Source: Bugula neritina
Lineage: Eukaryota > Animalia > Bryozoa
Assembly (NCBI GenBank): GCA_964035545.1
Contig: OZ037771.1
Coordinates: 1,623,628-1,687,627, forward strand
Direction: 5' to 3'
DNA length: 64,000 bases
Shown here piece after piece: positions 45,489 through 60,900 of the stretch. Made by a program: the position numbers and the translations under genes. Positions within the stretch are counted from its first letter, which is position 1. Every line of letters starts with the position of its first letter. The notes under the pieces were generated by a model. That model did no database searches. It was not told the DNA's origin and saw only the letters and a program-made list of their open reading frames with translations.

Positions 45489-48400
45489 ATGCTTACAGGA
45501 GATCTAACTTCTCTGGTTATATTCATACCATCTTCAGTTCTTGTAGCTCTCATTGGCTGGTATGTTTATTGGAAGAACACCAGAAATAAGATTCTCATAG
45601 ACAATGTGCCAGGGTTCAAGGACTGGCCTTTGGTTGGGGACATTCTACACTTAGAGAGAGATCCTACAGGTAAAAGGATACGATTGTTATAGAGTGAATT
45701 AATTCATGGTAAAGTTTTGACTAGAATGCAGCTTAGATTTGATGATGAAATGTTGCATATTCAAGGTTTACTCTGACTATTAGCAGTGAGTATGAATTTA
45801 CTACTAGATTTCCTTCAACAACTGCTAAAACTTGCTGATGTAAACAGATTCCACAAGATATTGAAGCTGAAGTTTCTAGAACTCCCACAGATAATGATAT
45901 TCTCAGCAGAAGATATTGAAAAGCTACTCAGCAGTAAAGTGAATATAGACAAGTCTCCACAGTACAGTGTGGTACACGGGTGGCTGGGGTTAGGGAAAAC
46001 TTGCTAGTTACTAGTTTAAGGTCTTTAAGTACATTTAATGTCTGTTGAGTTGTTTGAAAGTTAAATATGCCTGCGTTGTTGGTAATGAAATAAGAAATTA
46101 TAACTTGTAAACATTTATTCTATAATTCAATGTCAAAGTTAGAAAATATAATATAATACAATAAAATATGACATATTATAATATAACATGATATAATGTA
46201 ATAAAATGTAAATTTGCACAGAGTTATAATAAAAAATATTTTTAATCTGATCACTTACAAGAATTGCAGTTTGATAATCTGCCTTTATTGACGATTAGAA
46301 TCTTATAACCAAACGAGCCAATTAAATATAAATGTCCTTGTTTAGTCACTTGCTTAAAAGTCCTGTGATTAGCATAACTCAATACAGACAACAATAAGAA
46401 GGCAGTTGGTTGTAAATTATTGTTAGATTTGCAACTAGAAAGGAAATAGATCGACTGGTGCTTTTTTGCAGTTCAGGAGCAAAGTGGAGAAGTAGACGAA
46501 AGATGATAACTCCAAGCTTCCATTTTTCTATCCTGAAGGAATATCTGGTATTGATTAATGAACATTCTAGAAAACTGAGAGACAAGCTTCTTCTTGATGC
46601 ATCCGACAACGGCCAATCATATGACATCTACGAAGATGTTACATTGAATACTCTTGATATAATATGCGGTAAGAGTAATTCTGATTGGTTGGCTGTCTGG
46701 CTGGCTGTTGGTAATAGAAAGAAGATGGTGATTTGCTAAAGCTAAAAAGCAGAAGTTGTCAAGTATTTCAATCAACTCCTGTTTAGAAACGTTTGTTAAT
46801 TTGTAAAGCTAGTCTGCGTAAAACATTTGCCATGGTATATACCTCTGATTTGCGTTGACAGATACAGCTATGGGTGTGAACGTGAACGCACTAGCTGGAG
46901 GCCAGTCGGAGTATGTAGATGCGCTTCAGTTAATTAAAGACGAGACAATAGAAAGAGCGAAAAACCCTCTTATCCTTCCCGATGTGACTTTCAACATGAC
47001 TGCTGCTGGCAGACGAACTAACAGAGCTATCTCTTTGGCTCACAAGTTTACAATGCAGGTTGGATCCACACTCTTCTAGAATATTTTTGGTAGTAAGTAG
47101 TCTAAAAACCTTTAAACATTTGTGAAACCTTGTTTTTAAAGTCAACATTTTTGTTTTCTTCCAAGCAATGAATAAACGTGTTCAAACTGGGTGTAAAATT
47201 AGAATCTGCATAAGAATTATTGGCATGTCATTTAATCAAAATTTGGCATGAAGTTGGCCAGCCTATTCAATTATAGGTAACAGAAAGACAAACACATTTA
47301 CTTGTAGGTGATCAAAGAGACAGGTAATAACAATTTACTTGTAGGTAATAACAATTTACTTGTAGGTAATAACAATTTACTTGTAGGTAATAACAATTTA
47401 CTTGTAGGTAATAACAGTTTACTTGTAGGTAATAACAATTTACTAGTAGGTAATAACGATTTACTTGTAGGTAATAACAATTTACTTGTAGGTAATAACA
47501 ATTTACTTGTGGGTAATAACGATTTACTTGTGGGTAATAACAATTTACTTGTAGGTAATAGGGGAAAGAAGAAAAGCTAAGCATAACAAAGAGAGTTCGG
47601 AACCAGCCAATGCAAAGCATAAACCATTCCTGGACCTTCTACTAGACTGTACAGATGAAGATGGACTTCCTTTAACTGACTCTGATATCAGAGAGGAAGT
47701 TGACACCTTTATGTTTGAGGTAGGAGTGTTGGCAGTAAGGGTATCAGCAGTGTTTGATAAAGTGTCAGCAGTGTTAGATAGAGTGTCAGTACAGTTAGTT
47801 AGAGCACCAATATGTTTAGTGAAGGTATCAGCATTCTTGTGAAAACTTGGTGCTAATAATATTTTCATGTCGTCAATATTTGCATATGCAAAGCCCTGCA
47901 CAGAAGTTTAATTAGCTTAATAGCCTGAAAGTTTCCAATTGATTACAGGGACATGACACGACGTCAACAGCCATTGGCTTTGCTATTCATCTCTTAGGTA
48001 GTCATGTGGAAATACAGAAAAAGTGTCAAGAAGAACTGGATGAGGTTTTGGGTATAACAAATAGTGTATTGTGATAAATATCATTTAGGTTCTAAATAAA
48101 ATAAGATACAATGCTACACAGGCACCTACAATGCTACACAGGCACCTACATAATGATAATGTAATGTATTATATCATAATATTGTAATATATTATTATAT
48201 CATATTATAATATATTACAGTAATGTAATATATCGTATAACAATATTATAATACATTGTACCATAATATTAAAATGTATTCTATCCTATTTTTATCTACT
48301 CTTCAATCACATGCAGTTAGTTTGTATACATGTATTTATTATAATAACTGCATCACCAGTTTTTTAATGTTTCTTCTGTTTTAAAAACCAAAGACAATTT

Positions 48401-49774
48401 ATTTCTCTTTTGTATCTGGGTACAAGCAGTTAAACTATTGAACCACTAAATAAGGTTTGCACTAACACAGCTATTGTATTGATTCCACACTCTACAATGT
48501 GAATACAATTATTATGCTATTCTAATCCTACAGGAGATACATCTGATGGCCTTTCTGTTGCTGACCTATCAAAGATGACCTATTTAGAATGTTGCATAAA
48601 AGAGACTCTGAGACTATTTCCACCTGCAGCTTTCCTCGGCAGATCATTGGCTGAAGATACAGAACTGGGTGAGTCTTCAGATAAACACTATCTCATGACT
48701 CATCATTGTTCCCTGTGATGTAATTCTACTTTGATGATGTAATATGTTATTTACTCTGCGCTCGTATGTGCACTGTTTTGTAGCCTTATAGTATTTTTCA
48801 AATTTGCTAAAAATGTAATAAAAATCAGCAACATCTACATGTAATTTTGATTATTTATATGTTTTAGTATACAAATGGGAATGTGCTAGCCATATACTAT
48901 AAAATAAAGGTTTTCATCATAACTATATTATATATAAATTAAGATAACTGATGTATCTGTATTTGATATGCTCTATGCCTTTTGCAGCTGGATATACAAT
49001 TCCTAAAGGTGTTTCTGTCTTAGCGTTTACTATGGGCTTACATCGGGATCCCAAAGTCTTCCCAAATCCTGAAAAATTTGACCCAGATAGATTCATGGCT
49101 AAGAACTGTGTTCAAAGGAATCCATTTTCCTATGTCCCCTTCAGCGCTGGACCAAGAAACTGCATAGGCAAGGGCTGTTGACAAATTTTATTCATACTGG
49201 ATTCCATGTTGTCTGCAGTGTTTTTAGTCAGCTGCGTACACTTATTCACTTATTAGCACATAAGATGTTTTCCTAAAAATTTAAACTTGCTATGCAACTT
49301 TCGGTTGTAACATTTAGTAACATCACCAGCTGTGATTCTGCACGGGTAGCCAGAAGTGAAAAAATAAAATCTGACTTGAAATTTGACACCACATGCTATT
49401 TTCTTGCTTTAATTATTTCTGCAGACTCTATTTTGTGTAATTACCTGACGGATGGTGTGAATTTCTTAGCTATCAACAGCTAATATAATTTGGATTATAA
49501 ATCACTTTAATTCAATAATTTTAGCCAAGTTTGGCTTCATTGGCTTATGGCTTTATGCTGTTAAAATTTAATATCTTTCATAACTGTTGAGACTTGCCTG
49601 GTATTAATTTTAGGACAGAAGTTTGCTATGATGGAGATGAAAGTTCTACTTGCTATGATACTACACAATTTTACCATAGTTTCCACACAGACCGAAAAGG
49701 AACTTAAAGTTCGCCCAGCCCTAGTCTTACAGCCTTCCAATGGAATATTAGTTAAACTTTACAAACGAGTTTAG
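45489..49774 (+). CDS. Cytochrome P450, CYP4 clan (CYP4V/4C-like)
   Basis: Exons 45489-45669, 45809-~45990, 46472-46668, 46862-47058, 47555-47719, 47949-48051, 48534-48668, 48988-49167, 49614-49774. Motifs: N-terminal anchor, [52 protein letters not shown]. The exon 2 donor is unresolved. Confidence 0.95.
47297..47560 (+). repeat. 21-bp minisatellite (11 copies) made of a CYP4 intron/exon acceptor junction
   Basis: GTAATAACAATTTACTTGTAG units from 47324 to 47554; the real exon starts GTAATA at 47555. Confidence 0.95.
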
Positions 49775-50133
49775 GAGAAATTTTTTATTCATTCTTATGT
49801 TTGTAAATAAACTAATAAAATATTTTTTGCAATTTTTATTCAACATTATTAAAACAGTTATAAAAATATTTCACAGCACAAAAAATATTTATGATTAATA
49901 GTTATAAGTTGACCTCCACGCATCCTGGACCACGGTGACTAGGTGAGAAAGGTGAGAAAGTTATAATTGTTAATGGCACATGTACATGTATAAAAAATTG
50001 TAATTATAACTTATTTTATAGTTTTGTACTAATATATTTCTATTTATTTATAATAATATTTACTTTTATAGTTTGCATCACAAAGCTTTGATTGTGTAAG
50101 CAGATTGTCTCTGTTCTCTGCATAGACTGAAAA

Positions 50134-54038
<3,905 letters not shown>

Positions 54039-55307
54039 TTCCTAAATAAACTGTTGTAAGCTGGTAAAGTGTAATGTATGCAAATTGCTTCAAATGTGGC
54101 AGTTGCCTGCAGAAGGCTGTTTATATTGTTGAATTAAATGTCATGTTTTCAAGTGTAGATTAATAGATGCGGGGGGAGGGGGGCACAATTACCATAACTG
54201 AGCACACTTATGCCTGTGATATTGAACATATAGCATAGACACAGTCTATTATATATAGGTGTAGTATTACGTGGGTACGCAGTAGTTTTTGCATATTTAG
54301 GAAGAGCTACATAATGTGTCTATAGAGCCAAGGGCTGCAGGTCAATATATTTGACTAGAAAATGAATATTTTAAATTTTCATGAATATTCAAGTACGACT
54401 TAAGTTTCTGATTTGGATTCAGCTATTTAATAATCGATTTAATTAAAATAAAAATGGAATAGATATATGGTTCTATAAAAAGTTTTATATACACTTTAGG
54501 CACATATACATCTAAACACACACTTATTATGTTAGTAATGCTGCTGTTACATGGGTACAAAGTCAAATTATGCACTACACTGCATATATCCAATACCAAA
54601 ATCTTGTAAACTCTTATTTTTTGCTCTCAAGAAAACCTAAGCTGTTGTCAAAATTCGAACAGTGTTTAATTCTTTACTGACAGTAACCAAGGAAGATAAT
54701 TCCATCAGTGATGAGATATTACTGGTTATTATTCTAAATAGTAATCAAGTATAATTGAAAGTAGTTGGACTGTAAAACAGTTTATACATCTTGTCTGAAA
54801 ATTTCAATCAGGTGAAAAAGTGATGCTAATTGCCAATAAAGATTTAAGACTTGCAGCCCAAGTTTTGGGTAGTTTTATTGAGGCATAAGATACACTAAAC
54901 ATAGGTAAATAAATACATATAAATTATGGGTAGAATCAGATTTGCTGCCCATAAAAAGCAGTAAACCACAAAAAAATTACATAATTAAAATAAAGGTATT
55001 AAAATACTATACTGAGCAATAAATTGAATCAGAAAATGAAGCTACTGATGAGAATAACCAGAATATTATAATGGAGAAAGTTGAAAACTTGAAAAACTAT
55101 TTGGAGCCTTAGTTACCAGAAATGAGAATAAAATATTCAAACCTTATCTACAGCCGTTAGCACACTTGAAGGTTAGTAACCCAAGGTCAAGGTCTCCAAT
55201 ATTTTGTGAAAAATATAATGCAATGCAATCAAAAGCTGGAATATACAATTGTAGGGTTTGTTTTTTAAAATTACTGCTAAATCCTAAGACAGTTGATGAA
55301 TCACAGG

Positions 55308-56925
55308 CTATTTATAGCCAGTCAGTCTGTCAAGAAAATCATTGTTTTTAATTCTCATATCACGTTGGAGTTGTCTTTCTCTTTCCCTTTCCTTAGACTG
55401 AAGAACTTCAGCTTTCTGTCTCTGTACAGACTTGCGTCTCTCGATCTCTGGATCCTCCATGCGTGCCGTCTGCGTCTTCAACGACACGGGCTTCTCCAAA
55501 TACAAAATACACTTTCGGTGAGCAAAAATGGCGGTTGGTTATGTAACTCGAAAGCTCATACACATCGGCTATAGGGTTGTACAGGCCTTTTATGGGTAAA
55601 TGCTTTACATATTAGATAACAGAACATCTTATTACACAGTAACATGTAATATATATCACAACAACATATTATGATATATAATATAAAACTTAAAATAGCA
55701 AATTACCACATAATGCAGCAACATAGCGTATTACACGCGTAGAGTAACATATATCATGTAGCAGCATATTGTCATATCTAGGAATATAGAAGAGACATAT
55801 ATCATATGACTGTTTAAGGAATTTACTTTTTTAGCAATAGCACCAGCGTTGCGAGGTATAGACCAGTTCTGTGCTGAAGTTGAAGGGCCAGAGGCTACAG
55901 TGCGGCCATGGAACCTTGATGGTTGAGAATAGGAAGGTGGGTGGGAGTCAAAGCTTTCCCACTCTGAATAATCATTAGCCCGACCTAAAAGAAGATATAG
56001 AAGCAGCTGCAGTTACAACTGAACAAAACATCTGATGGAAAACAACTTCAGCTTCTCATAAAAATACTAACAGAGAAACAATGCAGTTGATTTTTGTAGA
56101 AAGTAAGTTTTTTGCAAATATAACGGACGACATATTTCTTGAACAGCCTCAATAGTAAAAATAGTTTTCCCAAGTTTAGAGACTAAATAATGTATAGTAT
56201 TCAACTCAACCTAGTGCATGTAACACCTTCAATACTACAGCAGTTTACATAGCCAGGTGGGGTGATAACAAACCGACAGATGAAGTTGTGGTGGTGTAGC
56301 CAACCTCCCGTCTTCTCTGTTTATACTGTTCATAGGATCTCGTCTCAGCCTCTGCCACTAAAAGTTACAATAGAGCCGGTAAAAAGTAGACAGAAACATA
56401 AAAACCTTTCAAATAAAATACTAACTTATATATTCAATTTCTACCCTTATTAGGTTAATATTAAATTAGTATATAAACAGCAGAATGTTCCTAACGTAAC
56501 TTTTATTGTAGCATCAACAACTGGATCTACTTTCCAACTCACCTCTTTGTATCTTGTTTCTTTTAGCAGGATTTGGAGCTTTAACAGAATAGCCTCCCTG
56601 ACTAAATAATACATCACAGAAAACTTTGAGGTTCTAAGTTTCTTGACAGGCTGTAGTTTAAATCAAAATATGTAACCACTTTTAACTTTTATCAACAAGT
56701 ATACATATCAGTAAAATTAATTATAAAATAATACAAACATATATGCTTTTAAAAATTTGAATCCATATTTTTACAGACTGACTATTCTAGCTTTCTCTCT
56801 GTAGGTTGCTGCTTCTGCTGACTTTGCTGTTGTGCTGCTGTTCCTTGCTGTTGGTACGGTGCTCTAATGTCGTTGTTAGTTACTTGCCTTTGAGGTCGAA
56901 CAGGATTAGCTCTAGCAAAACTCAT
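55308..56925 (-). CDS. EPSTI1: EPSTI1-like protein (epithelial-stromal interaction protein 1 family)
   Basis: Phase-consistent exons 56783-56925, 56543-56601, 56274-56357, 55827-55984, ~55308-55493. GGYSVKAPNPAKRNKIQRVAEAETRSYEQYKQ and KSVQRQKAEVL...NNDFLDRL resemble the two conserved EPSTI1 blocks (recognised from memory). The last acceptor is ambiguous. Confidence 0.7.
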
Positions 56926-57359
56926 ATTTCTTAATCACTCTAAGTTTGCATTACCTGCAAGAACAAGTTTGTAAACAACCACCAGTATTACCAATACAGC
57001 ATTACTAATAGAAATAATGAACATCATCAGCAATATTAATATCAATGTGAATATAATTACAATAAAGCAGTTTTGTTTTAATTTTACAAAATTTTTAACC
57101 ATGACAAGTTATTAACAAACATCAAATTGAACGAATGATTGCAAAAACAAATCATTTTTTGGTAAATTTAATTTGATTATAATCCCAATATATTATTATC
57201 TCTATTTTTAAAACAGAAGTTAACTTCATGTGGAGTCATAATGATAATCGCAACTGTAGGAACTGATGCCGCATCAACTTCTTATATTATCGTCAATTAT
57301 ATTAAAAAGCAAATTCAAAATCATTCAACAATAAACAACCATCTTACTTATATTCAATC

Positions 57360-57450
57360 TGACTCAGTGTCTGCATGTAATAGTTTCCCAAAAAGCCACA
57401 ATTAATCAATCTAATAATTACTTCAACCTATCGTTTGTTTGGGAATCCCC
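57360..57450 (-). promoter_or_regulatory. kB site and AP-1 site upstream of the EPSTI1-like gene
   Basis: GGGAATCCCC at 57441-57450, TGACTCA at 57360-57366, and a probable 5'UTR exon donor (GTAAGA on minus) near 57347. Confidence 0.5.
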
Positions 57451-57973
57451 TTGGTTAACGGATACAGAAATGTAGTAACATTATTCTGTCCCGCAATAAT
57501 GTTGAAAAGAAAATTTGAAAAACGAGAAAAGATAACTCCATTTTTGAGACTTGAACTTCCAATAAAGTAAGCCATCATTCGCAATTTTCTCAATCATCCA
57601 ATAAATTGCCAGAATAAAAAGTATTCGAAGGGAAAATCTTATTCAAAGGTCCAAATAGTGCTGCTTGTTCAAGTTGATAGAACTGAAACTATAATATTTC
57701 CTAAACACTGTTCTGAATTTTATTGTTCTTATAAGACTGTTGTTTTAATGCAGAGTATAAAGCGTTGTTTTGAAAACCAGTATTTAAAAATATTGGCAGA
57801 AACAAGCACAACTATCTTTCTGATGAGGGTTACAATAAAGTTTAACTGTGAATTATCAAATAATTTTATTTACCCAAACAGGTAAAACTGTTGTTATATT
57901 TAAACAATATTAAAGCATAAATTATCCACATGAAAGATATTTTTGAAAAACTTTATGATTCACTGAGAAAAAT

Positions 57974-60900
57974 TCAGCTGGCTTCTAGCCTGAACAGCTC
58001 CTCAAACTCAGCAAAGCGAATATCTAAATACTCTTTGGTGTTGAGAGGAGATATTCTACACAGTCTAATTCGCTGATCTTTCATGTGTTTGATGCAATCA
58101 TCCCCTAAAAATAAACACAAAAACTTAACATGAAATGTGTAGAAGGTTGCGCCTGTTCTCATCATCACATAATCCCTAAAACTATATAAAGGAGCCCTGG
58201 TTACAGTTTGTCACTTTCACCAGCTAATCTACATGCAGTATCTTTGTAGCTGTCAGACAATATGACACTGGCCACTGTCAGAGAGAAAATGACCTACTCA
58301 ACAGTAAACAAACATATTGATTTATTGTGAACTTGGCAGGCTTGAAAAAGAGTAAAACTTTGCCACGACTGAGGCAATAGAATTGACTATTTTCTGAGAA
58401 ATATTATATCGTGTGTATATAATAAATATGAGGAATATATAATATGTATACAATAAAAATGAAAAATATATCATATGTGCACCATATAGATGAGATGTAT
58501 ATATCATGTGTATACAATATATAATACAGATATAATATATATAATAGAGATATAATATATAATAGAGATGGAGAAGAGAAAACAGGAAATGCTGTACCCA
58601 AATCTGGATGAAGCTCTAAGTGAAGAAATTCCCCTGGTCTACATAACCCTTTATCAAACGCTGTCGACAGCCTGTTGACAACTTTCCGATCAATCTATCA
58701 ATTGTAAAGAAACATTCACTCTACAGAGTCTCAGTAATGCAGGAGTTGATCCTAATCTGTACCCTGGTCTGTTTTTACAGATTGATATCGTGTAAACTAA
58801 TACAAGGTAAATATATTATTGTTATCAAATACAAAAATATGATGTTATAATATACATTAATATAATATATACAATAAATAATATATTAATATAATATATA
58901 CTAATACAATATATACTGATATAATATACACTAATATAACATATAATAATATATACTGATAATATATATAATGATGTAATACTGCAATGTCACATACAAA
59001 ACACACAGCTAGTCTGTAGGTAGTCTGTCTGTTTGTCCACAGCAGAATAATTTAATAAACAGGTAAACCGAAAAGATACCTCGTGTCGCATATGTCTGGC
59101 GCCATATGATTGGTTGAAGGTTTTCAGTAGAAAGTCGTAGAGAGAGGAGTCCCAGGTCAAGGTTATTCCGTGATTCTTAGCTGCGAGAGAGCGAACTTGA
59201 CATAGCTGAGTTTCTATGAGTTTTCTTTGTTCAGCCTTAGAGAATGGAAGGAATATAGCAAGTTCATTGATCCTTCCCAGTAATTCGTCTCTTTTAAAGG
59301 CTTTCTACAGCATAAATAACATGAAACTACAGTATACATCACATACTACAGTATACACTACATAGTACAGTATACACTACATACTACAGTATACACTACA
59401 TAGTACAGTATACATTACATACTACAGTATACACTACATAGTACAGTATACACTACATACTATACAGTATACACTACATACCACACTACATACTACAGTA
59501 TACACCACATACTACAGTATACACAACATACTACAGTACACACTACATACTACAGGATACACTACATACTACAGGATACACTACATACTACAGTATACAC
59601 TACATGCTATACAGTATACACTACACACTACAGTATACACAACATACTACAGTATACACTACATACCACAGTATACACTACATACTACAGTATACACTAC
59701 ATACTACAGTATACACTATATGCTATACAGTATACACTACATACTACAGTATACACTACATGCTACAGTATACATTATACACTACAGTATACACTACATG
59801 CTATACAGTATACACTACATAGTACATACTACATATTTACCCTCAAAGGTCCGTGAAGAAGCCGAGACTTGAAGTAATGCACATAATCTTGCATCCGGTT
59901 GTTGTTGCCACTTTCAATAGACTGAGGACTGAAGAATTTTCTGAGCCCGTCTCCAAAGTCTTTGATCTGGTCTATGGCTAAGTTGGCAGTGAGAACAAAC
60001 ACAGCCTCAGGACAGTCTATACTCTTACCGGAACCGCTGGTTAACCGCCCCTCATCAAATAGCTAGAAAAGTAAAGACCACAGGCTAAGCAAAAACTCAA
60101 TCTAAATTTTCTGTTTATTAAAAAGCATACAATTTTTACGATAATTCAAATATAAATGTGAGAAAACATAATAAAAACATGAATTCTTAATACAAAGTAT
60201 GTTAGAATATATTTTCATAGCTTATAAACAAAGTAATTAGAATGAGAAAAATAAATATTTCTTATGGGACTTTCAAAGACTATTTTATAAAAGTCCAGTT
60301 AGACTTCAGCTTGGTTTTACCTTGCCAAGAACATAATAATAGTAGAATACCTGCAACAGAGTGGTAAGCACGTTAGGGTGGGCCTTATCCGCCTCATCAA
60401 ACAGCACCACAGCTTTAGGATTCTTGGCTAGGAGAGAAATTAGCTGACCGTCACCTGATTCGCTGTAACCTACATAGCCCGGTGGAGACCCAATAAACTT
60501 GGCAGCCTGTAACAATAGACTGTAATAATAACTACATACACCAAGTCTACTATCTTGTAGACCACAGGCTAACCACATGCATATAATATCTCATTAAAAA
60601 TACTATTTCTAATATTCTACACAATAAATTCTAAAATGTATATCAAAAATAAATTAAAAACAAATAATTTTTCATAATACAAATCTTTATCTTTACTAAC
60701 TCTAATATCAAAACTTGTTTTATTATTCTAAGAGCAGCTGAGTTTCTTCAAATGAAGTTTGCAAAAGATAGGGAGATGTTTAGCAGTCAGACTGGCCAAT
60801 GAAATACCTCGTGTTCCGTCTGGTACTCCGACAGATTCACGTGAACAAAGCTAGTCTTAGAATTACCCCGCAGGTACTGGGCAAGACGCTTTGCCATTTC

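Noticed and set aside
47298-47620. ORFs with GNNNLLV / LLPTSK repeats
   Set aside because: Artefacts of the 21-bp intronic minisatellite; the real exon is in another frame.
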